Shown piece by piece: positions 52,060 to 61,703 of a DNA stretch of 64,000 nt. The position numbers and the translations under genes are program-made. Below the pieces are notes generated by a model. It searched no databases. It was not told the origin of the DNA and worked only from the letters and a program-made list of their open reading frames with translations. The stretch comes from Elusimicrobiota bacterium (GTDB taxonomy: Bacteria; Elusimicrobiota; Elusimicrobia; 2-02-FULL-39-32): contig JAKFYJ010000015.1 in the NCBI GenBank assembly GCA_021730935.1, forward strand, positions 6,760 through 70,759. The letters run 5' to 3'. How positions within the stretch are numbered: position 1 is the first letter of the stretch; each line of letters opens with the position of its first letter.

Positions 52060-52833
52060 TCAGTTTTTTTTCCAGACCTGATCTATTTTTTTTCCTGCGG
52101 CCCGGGCGAGCGAGGAAAGAGACAGGAGATAAGACGCCTGGGTTTCCGCAAGAGCCGCCTGAGCCTGAGCGCAATCTGCAACAGCATCGGCTCTTTCAGA
52201 AACAGAAACTTCCTCAGCGGCCGAAAGTTCCATGAGCGCGAGGGCCAGTTTGGTTTCAGCGATCGCAAGATCAGCGCGGGACTTGATGAAACAGGCATGG
52301 GCCTCTCTGACTGGACCCTGACCCAGGGCAAGGTCCGGATCGATCTCCTGATCCGGCAATATATTAAAATCAGGATCGAGGCGATACCTTGGAGCTGATT
52401 TTAAACCGAGAGCCTGAATCCATTGCCAGAACCTCAATTCTTCGTCGGCCTTTGCGCTCTCAACCCGATTCTTAAACTGGGCCTGACGCGCGGCGACTCC
52501 CAGATATTCCTCCGGGGAGATCGCGTCCTTTTCGAGAAGCCGATCCGCCTCCGCTTTTTCCTCTTCAAGCCGCTCGAGCGCCTTTTCATAAATTCTCTTC
52601 ACTTTTTCGGCCTTCGCAAGATTCCAGCACGCCTCCTGAACACGGAAAACCGCATCCCGGCGTGATGGATGGAAAAGCCCAAATATCCCGCCGCCGGAAA
52701 AATGATTTTCAATTGCGATATTTACGCAGTCATCGACGGAAACTCTAAGCGCATCTTCAAAACCCCTGGAACCGGAATGGGAGAGCCCAAGGCAGAGGAG
52801 CCAGATCCCCAGACCTGCGTTCAGCGTTTTCAT
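52060..52833 (-). CDS. Short, divergent TolC-like helical protein
   Basis: Signal-like N-terminus; SVDDCVNIAIEN; A.A.LAE...Y...L..L..AAG OEP-like ends. Confidence 0.5.
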   Translation of the reverse strand: MKTLNAGLGIWLLCLGLSHSGSRGFEDALRVSVDDCVNIAIENHFSGGGIFGLFHPSRRDAVFRVQEACWNLAKAEKVKRIYEKALERLEEEKAEADRLLEKDAISPEEYLGVAARQAQFKNRVESAKADEELRFWQWIQALGLKSAPRYRLDPDFNILPDQEIDPDLALGQGPVREAHACFIKSRADLAIAETKLALALMELSAAEEVSVSERADAVADCAQAQAALAETQASYLLSLSSLARAAGKKIDQVWKKN

Positions 52834-52925
52834 AGGAACAAGTATATTTTGCCGCGCGCCTCTGGACAATCGGGGACTTATGTCCACCGGTGTAGGAAAG
52901 TTTCAAAAAAATATAGAATGAATTC

Positions 52926-54281
52926 ATGAATAAAATAAAAATGATCCTGGCAGGTTCGGTCCTTCTCTTTTCGGGCGCGGCGATGGCGGCGGAACAGGTT
53001 TCCGTCACGGTTTATAACAGCAACCTCGGTCTGGTGCGGTCCGTCCGGCAGATGCCTCTCAAGGAAGGGACTTCGGAAATCCGGTTTGCGGATGTCGCGT
53101 CTCAGATCGACCCCACCTCGGTCCATTTCAAATCCCTCACCGCTCCGGACAAGACCGCGGTCCTCGAGCAAAACTATGAATACGATTTGGTGGACGCGAA
53201 CAAAATCCTTTCCAAATATATCGATCAGCAGATCCAGGTCTTCACCAAGGAAGGAAAAATGTTTGACGGAAAACTCCTGAGCTCTTCCGACGAAATCGTG
53301 CTCGAAAAAAAAGACGGCGGAGTTCAATCCGTGTCCAGAGCCAACATCCAAAACGTTGATTTCCCCAAACTCCCTCTGGGCCTCATCACCCGCCCCACTC
53401 TGGTCTGGACCGTCGCCTCTGAAAAGGGGGGAACGCACGACATGGAAGTGAGCTATCTGACCGGGGGCATCAACTGGCACGCGGAATATGTCGCGGTGCT
53501 CGACAAAGACGATAAAAAAATTGATTTGTCGGCGTGGGTCTCGGTGGACAACAAGTCCGGAGCGGCATATCAAGACGCGAAAGTTAAACTCATCGCGGGC
53601 GAAGTGCATCGCGCAGTGGAACAGGAGCCGATGTATGATCAGCGCATGCTCAAAACCGCCATGGCGATGGAGAGGAGTGATCAATTTCAGGAAAAAGCAT
53701 TTTTTGAATATCATCTCTATACGCTCCAGCGGCCTGCCACGATTAAAAATAACCAGATCAAACAGCTCCAGCTTTTTCCCTCCGCGAGCGTGTCCGTAAA
53801 AAAGATTTATGAATATGAAGCGCAGTCCGACCCCAACAAAGTGAAAGTGGCGGTGGAATTCACGAATTCAAAGGCCGAGAATCTGGGCATGCCCTTGCCC
53901 GCAGGAAAAGTGCGGATCTATAAGCAGGATTCCGACAAGTCCCAGGAGTTCGTGGGCGAGGACGCGCTGGACCACACTCCGAAAGATGAGAAAATCCGGC
54001 TCACGCTCGGGGACGTGTTTGATGTGGCCGTGGAGCGGACCGAGAAAGACATCAAGAATATCTCCGAACGGGTTCAGCAGAGAACGGCAGGGATCAAAAT
54101 CCGAAACCACAAAGATTCGGACATCGAAGTGCTGGTCGCCGAAAAATTCTGGGGCGATTGGGAAATCACGAAATCAAATTTTCCCCACACCAAAAAAGAT
54201 TCAGTCACGGCGGAGTTCAAGATCCCGGTAAAAAAAGACGGAGAAACGATTCTGGAATATACGGTTCAGAACCGCTGGTGA
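52926..54281 (+). CDS. DUF4139-domain secreted protein
   Basis: Signal peptide; VTVYN.NLGLVR, LEQNYEYDL, SYLTGGINW.A.Y, LGMPLPAG.VR.Y. Confidence 0.8.
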   Translation: MNKIKMILAGSVLLFSGAAMAAEQVSVTVYNSNLGLVRSVRQMPLKEGTSEIRFADVASQIDPTSVHFKSLTAPDKTAVLEQNYEYDLVDANKILSKYIDQQIQVFTKEGKMFDGKLLSSSDEIVLEKKDGGVQSVSRANIQNVDFPKLPLGLITRPTLVWTVASEKGGTHDMEVSYLTGGINWHAEYVAVLDKDDKKIDLSAWVSVDNKSGAAYQDAKVKLIAGEVHRAVEQEPMYDQRMLKTAMAMERSDQFQEKAFFEYHLYTLQRPATIKNNQIKQLQLFPSASVSVKKIYEYEAQSDPNKVKVAVEFTNSKAENLGMPLPAGKVRIYKQDSDKSQEFVGEDALDHTPKDEKIRLTLGDVFDVAVERTEKDIKNISERVQQRTAGIKIRNHKDSDIEVLVAEKFWGDWEITKSNFPHTKKDSVTAEFKIPVKKDGETILEYTVQNRW

Positions 54282-54321
54282 CCCTATTGAAATATTCCCG
54301 GTCCCCTGTTAGACTTGAACC

Positions 54322-55002
54322 GTGCCCAAAGTGCTGGTCGTTGATGATGACGCGGACATCCTGGACCTGATCAAGCATTCGTTCCTGATCCGGGACTTCA
54401 CCGTGCTGGAAGCGCAAAACGGGGAAGACGGGATCGCCCTCTGCAAGAAAGAGTGCCCTGACCTGCTCATCCTTGATCTGTCTCTTCCCGACATGGACGG
54501 AGTCGCCGTCTGCCAAGCCCTCAAACAAAACAGCCACACCCAAGAAATTCCCATCCTGATGCTGACGGGCCGAACCTCGGTCGTGGACCGCGTGAAAGGC
54601 CTGGAAACGGGAGCGGACGATTATCTCACCAAACCCTTTGACCCCCTGGAACTTTTTGCCCGCGCCAAAGTTTTGCTCCGCAGAAACAAGAAAGCCCAGG
54701 GCGAGAGCCGGACTCCCGTTAAAATGGGAGACATCCGCATCGATCCGGACAACTATAAGCTTGAAATCAACGGAAAGTCCATCGACGATCTGACCCCCAA
54801 AGAGTTCGACATCCTCTATCTCCTTATAAAGAACTCGCCCAAGCCCGTGACCCGGGACGATATTTATCAGAACATCTGGGGCAAGAGCAAAAAGGGAAAA
54901 ACACGCGTCATCGACATCCATGTGGCGAAAGTCCGCAAAAAGATCGGAGAAAAATATATCAAAACCATTCCCGCCAAAGGTTATTTTTTCACCGCCGCTT
55001 AA
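54322..55002 (+). CDS. OmpR/PhoB-family response regulator
   Basis: REC plus winged helix (LTPKEFDIL, RVIDIHVAKVRKK, GY). Confidence 0.92.
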   Translation: MPKVLVVDDDADILDLIKHSFLIRDFTVLEAQNGEDGIALCKKECPDLLILDLSLPDMDGVAVCQALKQNSHTQEIPILMLTGRTSVVDRVKGLETGADDYLTKPFDPLELFARAKVLLRRNKKAQGESRTPVKMGDIRIDPDNYKLEINGKSIDDLTPKEFDILYLLIKNSPKPVTRDDIYQNIWGKSKKGKTRVIDIHVAKVRKKIGEKYIKTIPAKGYFFTAA

Positions 55003-55100
55003 ACCGCTCCGCCTCTCTCTCAAATAAATCCGAATAAATTAAAAATCCCTTGAATTTTCAGGGCTTGTCTGTTATGAAACATTCATGGAACGCCACAGAC

Positions 55101-56402
55101 ATGCCTAACGGAAACGGTAAAGGCGCTTTAAAATTTCTCTGCATTTCGCGCGTCGGATGCATCGGAGACCTCTGCATCCGGCTTCAGGATGAAGGGTGCA
55201 AGGTCAAATATTACATCGACGACAAGGACGAGCGCGAAGTTTCCGACGGGTTCGTTGAAAAAGTGACCGACTGGCAGGAATGGAAAAACTGGGCCGACGT
55301 CATCATCTTTGACGACGCGGATTTCGGATCGATCGCCGAGTCTTTAAGGAAAGAAGGCAAAGCCGTCATCGGCGGCACGGTGTATACGGACAAGCTTGAG
55401 ATGAACCGCGAGTTCGGCGCGGACGAAATGCAGGCGGCCGGCCTCTCGCACCTTCCCTCCTGGCACTTTGATTCCTTCGACGACGCCGTCAAATTCATCA
55501 AGGAAAATCCCGAGCGTTATGTGGTCAAACCCAACGGTTCCGCTCAGACGGAAAAAGTTTTGTCGTTCATCGGGCAAGAAGACGACGGCCTGGACGTGCT
55601 GACCGTTCTCGAACATTATAAGCGCGGCTGGGCCAGCAAGATCAAAAGTTTTCAGGTGCAGAAATTCGCACAGGGCGTGGAAGTGGCGGTGGGCGCATTT
55701 TTTAACGGCAAAGATTTCGTGGGTCCCTGCTGCATCAACTTTGAGCACAAGCGGCTTTTCAACGGCGACATCGGGCCCACCACGGGCGAAATGGGGACGT
55801 CCATGTTCTGGTGCGACGGCGGAGATCTTTTCAAAGGGTCTCTTTATAAAATGAAGAGCCGCCTCGCCCAGGCGGGATACATCGGATATTTCGACATCAA
55901 CTGCATCGCCAATGCCCGGGGGATTTATCCTCTGGAATGCACCTCGCGTTTCGGGATGCCCACGCTCTCAATTCAGATGGAAGGGATTTTGTCGCCTCTG
56001 GGAGAATTCCTGCACGAACTGGCCAAAGGCGGCGTCCCGGCCCTGAAAGTGAAAAAAGGGTTTCAGGTCGGCGTGGTCGTGGCGGTTCCCCCTTTTCCCT
56101 TCGAGGACCCCAAAACTTTCAAAAAATATTGCGAAGATTCCATCGTGCTTTTCAAGAAGCCCATGAAGGAAGGGGTTTGGCCTGCGGACGTGCGGGTCAT
56201 CGACGGGCAATGGCGCCTGAGCGGCCACACGGGATATGTGATGGTGGTGACGGGCGCGGGGCCCACCATGGAAGACGCGAGAAAAGAAGCTTATGCGCGC
56301 TTGAAAAACATCATGATCCCCAACATGTTTTATCGCACCGACATCGGCGAGCGCTGGACCCGGGACGGGGACCTCCTCCGGACCTGGGGTTATGTGACCT
56401 AA
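55101..56402 (+). CDS. PurD-like ATP-grasp ligase (non-canonical)
   Basis: LEMNREFG, YVVKPNG, FEHKRLFNGDIGPTTGEMG, LECTSRFG.P, YRTDIG; start uncertain (55050-55101). Confidence 0.75.
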   Translation: MPNGNGKGALKFLCISRVGCIGDLCIRLQDEGCKVKYYIDDKDEREVSDGFVEKVTDWQEWKNWADVIIFDDADFGSIAESLRKEGKAVIGGTVYTDKLEMNREFGADEMQAAGLSHLPSWHFDSFDDAVKFIKENPERYVVKPNGSAQTEKVLSFIGQEDDGLDVLTVLEHYKRGWASKIKSFQVQKFAQGVEVAVGAFFNGKDFVGPCCINFEHKRLFNGDIGPTTGEMGTSMFWCDGGDLFKGSLYKMKSRLAQAGYIGYFDINCIANARGIYPLECTSRFGMPTLSIQMEGILSPLGEFLHELAKGGVPALKVKKGFQVGVVVAVPPFPFEDPKTFKKYCEDSIVLFKKPMKEGVWPADVRVIDGQWRLSGHTGYVMVVTGAGPTMEDARKEAYARLKNIMIPNMFYRTDIGERWTRDGDLLRTWGYVT

Positions 56403-57211
56403 ATCGAATCTTCTCCCTGAATGATTTTCAGCTCTTCAAAGATCGCATAGATATAAATCGGCAGGACCGAATAAAAAAAGTAAACGATCGCGATCCCGGT
56501 CCTCGGGATAAACAGAGCGCATTCAAAAATCACCGACGCAAGGACCATCCTCCCCACAATCGCCCAGCGATATCCTTTCGTGAGGTTGCCTCCCAGTTTT
56601 TGAGCTTTCGCGCCGTGCGCTTTTTCACTCATAAAAATCATGAGCCCGAAATTGAGCGCGATGGCGAGATATATTTTGGGAGATTTGAAAAGAAGGAACC
56701 CGCCCAGGCTCACGAAGATGATCAGGATGAAGACCGTGAGGAAATGGATATACTTTTTCGTCGCGGAGCGGAACGAGCCCCAGAGAGTGACGTCGTGGTC
56801 CGAGATGATGGAGAGGAGCGCCAGAGGGTGCCAGATGCTTCCCATGAAAGCGATGGCTCCGGCCGTGATCATGATGCCGATCTGCGTCTGGGAACTGAGC
56901 GCGTCGATATATTTTTTAAGCGTCAGATAAGGAAGGATGGGGAGGAGGTCAAAGAGCCCTCTGAGCAGGCCCATGACCGTGAAAGTGAACATCCGCTCTT
57001 CATAAAATCTGAAACTCCTGCTCAGCAATAAAAATGTGCCGGAGAGTTTCTTGGAGGTCATCTCCGAGGAAGGTTTGAGCGCTTTCGCGATGACGCCTTT
57101 GGAGATGTCCACCGCCGACACCGCGTGGCACTGATAACATTCCACGCTTTTCCCGCCGAGCTCGTCGTTGAGCAGGTATTCTTTTCCGCAGACGCAATGA
57201 TATTCGATCAT
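56399..57211 (-). CDS. Zinc-ribbon plus multi-TM membrane protein
   Basis: N-terminal CVCG..CYQC followed by several TMs. Confidence 0.6.
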   Translation of the reverse strand: MIEYHCVCGKEYLLNDELGGKSVECYQCHAVSAVDISKGVIAKALKPSSEMTSKKLSGTFLLLSRSFRFYEERMFTFTVMGLLRGLFDLLPILPYLTLKKYIDALSSQTQIGIMITAGAIAFMGSIWHPLALLSIISDHDVTLWGSFRSATKKYIHFLTVFILIIFVSLGGFLLFKSPKIYLAIALNFGLMIFMSEKAHGAKAQKLGGNLTKGYRWAIVGRMVLASVIFECALFIPRTGIAIVYFFYSVLPIYIYAIFEELKIIQGEDSI

Positions 57212-57299
57212 GGTTGCCTTACGGATTAATTATAGAACAAAAATAATGCGCGGGAATAATTTTTGTTATGGAGATTTGGGCTTATGTATAATGACGCTC

Positions 57300-58271
57300 A
57301 TGCTCTCCTGCAGAATATGCGGAAACGCCGAAAAAAACATTGAACATCATGCCCGGGAGATGATGTTCGGGACAAAGGAACCTTTCGTCTATGTCGAGTG
57401 TTCCCGGTGCGGCTGTCTCCAGATCAAAGACGTTCCGCCCGACCTCGGAAAATATTATCCCAAAGCTTATTATTCCCTCCAAAAACCCGGGGCGGACAAA
57501 GAAAATTTCATCAGAACTTTCGTCCGCAGAAAACGGGCCCAATATTGCCTCAGCGGCCGAGGTTTTCTTGGGAAAATGTTCGCGGACAGGATCGGGGTTC
57601 CCGGATATTACGAATGGCTGAAAAAAGCCGGCGTTTCGTTCGGATCAAAAATTCTGGATGTGGGCTGCGGAACGGGATATCTCCTGACGGTGCTCGGGCG
57701 GGAAGGGTTCACGGACCTGACCGGCATCGATCCGTTCATCGAGAAAGACATCCTTCATGAAAACGGAATCAAGGTGTATAAAAAGTCGACGCAGGAAGTG
57801 CGCGAAGCCTATGACTTCATCCTGATGGACAATTCTTTCGAGCACCTTCCGGACCCGCTGTTCGTGATCCAGGAACTGCACCGGCTTTTGAAGCCCGGAA
57901 AAACCGCTCTGCTCCGCGTGCCCGTCGCGGGGTCCTGGGCCTGGAGCGTTTACGGCACGGACTGGGTCCAGATGGATCCGCCCCGACACCTTTATCTCCA
58001 CACGGCGCGGAGCATCGGCCTCCTGGCGGAGAAAGCGGGGTTCAGGCTGGCGGAAACCGTTTATGATTCCATCGATTTTCAGTTCTGGGGAAGCGAGATG
58101 TATAAAAAGGGAATTGCTTTGACCGACTCCAGGTCTCCGTGGATCCATCCCAAAAACGACGCGCTGTTTCCAGCCGAACAAATGCAACAATATCGCGAAA
58201 AATCTCTGGAACTCAACAGGCAGGGAAAAGGCGACCAGGCATGTTTTTATTTGGAAAAACTGCCTGAATAA
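57300..58271 (+). CDS. Class I SAM-dependent methyltransferase with N-terminal Zn finger
   Basis: CRIC..CSRCG; ILDVGCGTG; FEHLPDP; PPRHL. Confidence 0.85.
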   Translation: MLSCRICGNAEKNIEHHAREMMFGTKEPFVYVECSRCGCLQIKDVPPDLGKYYPKAYYSLQKPGADKENFIRTFVRRKRAQYCLSGRGFLGKMFADRIGVPGYYEWLKKAGVSFGSKILDVGCGTGYLLTVLGREGFTDLTGIDPFIEKDILHENGIKVYKKSTQEVREAYDFILMDNSFEHLPDPLFVIQELHRLLKPGKTALLRVPVAGSWAWSVYGTDWVQMDPPRHLYLHTARSIGLLAEKAGFRLAETVYDSIDFQFWGSEMYKKGIALTDSRSPWIHPKNDALFPAEQMQQYREKSLELNRQGKGDQACFYLEKLPE

Positions 58272-58303
58272 TCTTCCTCCGTCCGTTTTTTTCTGATCTT
58301 TGC

Positions 58304-58681
58304 TTATTTCGGGGCGAAGAGGGTTTTATAATTTTCTCTATGATAATAAGCCAGGAACAAATTGCCGAGGACGAGGAAGATTGCAACCGGCAGGCCTTTG
58401 GGGTCCAGGAACGCGTGGATACAGAAGATGTTCACGATGATGGGAGCAATGAGCACCGCGGCAAGCGTCACGAACCTGCCTGAGAGGAAAGAGATCCCGC
58501 AAACCAGTTCGACGATTTTTGCCAGAACCACGAGATATCCCGAAGCTTCCATCCCCTCATTAAATATTTTCATGTTGCCCGTCAGCTCAGGCTGAGGATA
58601 AAGCTTGAAAAAAAAGGCGATCGAGGCAAAAATAAACAAAAGTCCCATCAAGGTCCGCACGATGATCATGGCAATTTTCAT
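58304..58681 (-). CDS. DoxX-family membrane protein
   Basis: VRTLMGLLFIF, ELVCG, APIIVNIF..H; four TMs. Confidence 0.8.
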   Translation of the reverse strand: MKIAMIIVRTLMGLLFIFASIAFFFKLYPQPELTGNMKIFNEGMEASGYLVVLAKIVELVCGISFLSGRFVTLAAVLIAPIIVNIFCIHAFLDPKGLPVAIFLVLGNLFLAYYHRENYKTLFAPK

Positions 58682-58709
58682 GTTTTGTCTCCTCGGATGC
58701 GTTTGATAT

Positions 58710-59309
58710 TCACTTCGTTCTGGAAGGGGTGAGGTCTCTCAAGAGCCCGTCTTCAAGGCTATAGATCACGCTGTGGACGGTGAGTTTCTGGCCCCGTTTC
58801 CAGGCGTCCTGCACGACGGTGGTCTGACAGACATTCTTGGCCTGCTCAATGACGTTCAGCTCGCAGAGGCGGTGATGCCGTTTCTCGGCGGAAGAAATTT
58901 TTTTGAGTTCCCTCTGGTGAAGGTCGCGGATATCCTGAATGTGCCTCAGCCAGTTGTCGATGAGTCCCAATTTTTTGCCCTGCAACGCCGCTTTCACGCC
59001 CCCGCAGCCATAGTGCCCGCAGACGATGACATGGTCCACCTTGAGGACGTCCACGGCAAACTGAAGGACGGAGAGACAATTCAAATCCGTGTGGACCACG
59101 ACATTGGCGACATTGCGGTGAACGAAGAGTTCTCCAGGCAGAAGTCCCACGATCTCGTTGGCGGGAACGCGGCTGTCCGAGCATCCGATCCAAAGATATT
59201 TGGGGTTTTGCTGGTGCACCAGGCGGGAAAAAAACTGAGGGTCATGTTCCAGCTGGGTCCGCGCCCACTGACGGTTATTCTTGAAGAGCGATTTGATGTC
59301 GTGATCCAT
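58710..59309 (-). CDS. can: Beta-class carbonic anhydrase
   Basis: IGCSDSRV, FVHRNVAN, CGHYGCGG. Confidence 0.95.
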   Translation of the reverse strand: MDHDIKSLFKNNRQWARTQLEHDPQFFSRLVHQQNPKYLWIGCSDSRVPANEIVGLLPGELFVHRNVANVVVHTDLNCLSVLQFAVDVLKVDHVIVCGHYGCGGVKAALQGKKLGLIDNWLRHIQDIRDLHQRELKKISSAEKRHHRLCELNVIEQAKNVCQTTVVQDAWKRGQKLTVHSVIYSLEDGLLRDLTPSRTK

Positions 59310-59368
59310 TCAAACGATATCGTAGATAATCCTGATGATATAATCCAGAAACCGCCGTGGAAAAAATT

Positions 59369-60337
59369 TTACTTTGAGGACGCTCCAGAGGAAACGAGAT
59401 ATTCATCCAGTTTATCAAAGGAACCGGTCCAGCCCTGGGTCATCCCCGCCTTTGCCTTGACGAACACTTCAATCTCCTCAGCCGTCGCGTTCCCGAAGGC
59501 TTCCCAATTGACCGTGACGCGGGTTTGGTCAGGACCCTCTTCCGCAAAGGTGACGGCGGTGAGCATGGTTTCCGGCCATGTTGGGGCATGAGGGTGACGA
59601 GAGACCTTTTCATTCTCGTCGCAAAACTGCTGGGTATAGACGATCCGGTGCGGACGCTTGATCTCCAGATATTTCGCCCGCCCATACATCGTGGTTTGTT
59701 TTCCGTCCGTCATGCACCAGAAAGTGCCGCCGCCTTCGCGGATGTCGGCTTTGATGAAGCGCCCCGTAAATCCTGTGGGCGCCAGCCACTGCATGAAATG
59801 TTTCGGGTTGGACCACATCTCGAACACCGTCTCGATCGGCGCCGCAAACGAGCGGTTGATCACAAAGATTTCTTTATTTGATGCGTCCATTTCCAAAAAC
59901 TCCGCAAGCCTGTCCCACGTCGCGTTCCCGCCGGCCTTCTTGACAAAGTTTCTGGTGTTCTCGGCCGCTTCGGGAGTGGGCAGAGTCATGGTCATGTCCA
60001 TTTTCGTTTTCCCTTTCACGTCGGTGAACTGAACCGTCACGCGGAACATGGGAGGCGTTGCCTTGGTCGCTCCGTGGTCATAAACAAGCCGCGAGTGCAA
60101 GACGATTTCGTGGTATTTGGTCAGGTTGGGATAATCTTTCCCGTCCGGCCCGTGCATCGTATAATCCCAGGTCCCGCCGACTCTCAAATCCTTGCTGTGC
60201 GTTGTGAGCGTGAACCCGCGCGGCCCCCACCATTTCGCCGCCTGAGCGGGGTCTGTATATGCCTCCCAAACAGTGGAGAGGGGAGCATCATAAATTCGAG
60301 TGATCGCAATTTCGTTTGATTTATTTTTGGCGGGCAT
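59369..60337 (-). CDS. Tandem SRPBCC (AHA1-like) domain protein
   Basis: Two repeats of R...AP...V...W..P....W..P.GF...D.R.GG. Confidence 0.88.
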   Translation of the reverse strand: MPAKNKSNEIAITRIYDAPLSTVWEAYTDPAQAAKWWGPRGFTLTTHSKDLRVGGTWDYTMHGPDGKDYPNLTKYHEIVLHSRLVYDHGATKATPPMFRVTVQFTDVKGKTKMDMTMTLPTPEAAENTRNFVKKAGGNATWDRLAEFLEMDASNKEIFVINRSFAAPIETVFEMWSNPKHFMQWLAPTGFTGRFIKADIREGGGTFWCMTDGKQTTMYGRAKYLEIKRPHRIVYTQQFCDENEKVSRHPHAPTWPETMLTAVTFAEEGPDQTRVTVNWEAFGNATAEEIEVFVKAKAGMTQGWTGSFDKLDEYLVSSGASSK

Positions 60338-60482
60338 TTTTTGTTCCTCGCTTTTTTTAGCTGAAAGTTTCAGGTTCGGATTCCGGATCATATTATATCA
60401 TCAGTTTCCTCTTGGATTATCGTCTGGAATTCAGCATGTGGAGTTTGTAAAATTCAATTTTCAACATGCATGGGAGGGTTTT

Positions 60483-61388
60483 ATGAAAAAAATAACGCCG
60501 CATTTATGGTTCGACAAAGAGGCGAAAGAAGCGGCCCGATTCTACGCCTCGGTGTTTCCGAAATCCAAAGTCCGAAGCGTCTCGACGATTCATGACACCC
60601 CCTCGGGAGATTGCGACATCGTTTCGTTTGAGATTGCAGGACAACTTTTTGCCGCCATCAGCGCCGGACCCTATTTCAAATTTAACCCGTCGGTGTCGTT
60701 CATGGTCAACTTCGATCCGTCACAGGACAAAAACGCCCGCAAAAATCTCGACGCCGCGTGGAAAAAACTCTCAATCGGCGGCACCGCGCTCATGCCTCTG
60801 GACAAATATTTCTTCAGCGAACGATACGGCTGGATCCAGGATAAATTCGGGCTTTCCTGGCAGCTCATCCTCACCGACCCCAAAGGCAAGAAACGGCCTT
60901 TCATCGTTCCATCTCTGATGTTTGCGGGAAACGTCAGCGGCAAAGCAGAGAAGGCGATCAACTTCTATCTTTCCATTTTCAAAAAGGGCTCGAAGGCAGG
61001 CGCCATGCATCGATATGGCAAAGGTCAGGAAGGAAGAGAAGGCACAGTCATGTTCGCCGACTTCAATCTTGCCGGCCAATGGATGGCCGCGATGGACAAT
61101 CCGCGCAAGCAAAATTTCGCCTTCAACGAAGCCGTTTCATTTGTGGTGTCTTGCAAAACCCAAAAAGAGATTGATTATTATTGGAGCAAACTCTCCGCCG
61201 TTCCAGAGGCTGAACAATGCGGCTGGCTCAAAGACAAGTTCGGCCTTTCCTGGCAGATTGTCCCCGCGGACATGGGCAAGCTGATGGGGAGCAAAGACCC
61301 AAAGAAAACGGAGCGCGTCACCCAGGCCTTCCTCAAGATGAAGAAGTTCAACATCGCGCAACTCAAGAAAGCTTATGCGGGGAAATAG
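60483..61388 (+). CDS. Tandem VOC/PhnB (3-demethylubiquinone-9 3-methyltransferase-like) protein
   Basis: KITPHLWF..EA.EAA.FY; twice GW..DKFGLSWQ. Confidence 0.88.
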   Translation: MKKITPHLWFDKEAKEAARFYASVFPKSKVRSVSTIHDTPSGDCDIVSFEIAGQLFAAISAGPYFKFNPSVSFMVNFDPSQDKNARKNLDAAWKKLSIGGTALMPLDKYFFSERYGWIQDKFGLSWQLILTDPKGKKRPFIVPSLMFAGNVSGKAEKAINFYLSIFKKGSKAGAMHRYGKGQEGREGTVMFADFNLAGQWMAAMDNPRKQNFAFNEAVSFVVSCKTQKEIDYYWSKLSAVPEAEQCGWLKDKFGLSWQIVPADMGKLMGSKDPKKTERVTQAFLKMKKFNIAQLKKAYAGK

Positions 61389-61531
61389 AAAATTTAAAAA
61401 CTCTTGTATTGAAATTGCTGTTTGTAAACCCCTGCTTCATAGGGCGCGTTTTCCGAAGTTTTCATAGGATTATTTATATTAAAAGTTCAGTCATTATCTT
61501 TTAATATGTCAAGGTCTTATTTAAATCAAAT

Positions 61532-61567
61532 AAAAACACCGTCGACGGTTTAAGATCATCGACGGTG
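61532..61567 (-). terminator. Intrinsic terminator downstream of tRNA-Asn
   Basis: CACCGTCGA...TCGACGGTG followed by TTTTT on the minus strand. Confidence 0.7.
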
Positions 61568-61580
61568 ACTTCAAAACTTT

Positions 61581-61652
61581 CTCCCGAGGTAGGACTCGAA
61601 CCTACAACCCTCCCGTTAACAGCGGGATGCTCCACCATTGAGCTACCCGGGA
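61581..61652 (-). tRNA. tRNA-Asn (GTT), CCA not encoded
   Basis: TCCCGGGTAGCTCAATGGTGGAGCA-TCCCG-CT-GTT-AA-CGGGA...GGTTCGAGTCC. Confidence 0.93.
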
Positions 61653-61703
61653 ATTAAATTGGGGCTTTGCGGTGATGGGCAATATTTTAGCAGAATTTTA
61701 GGG

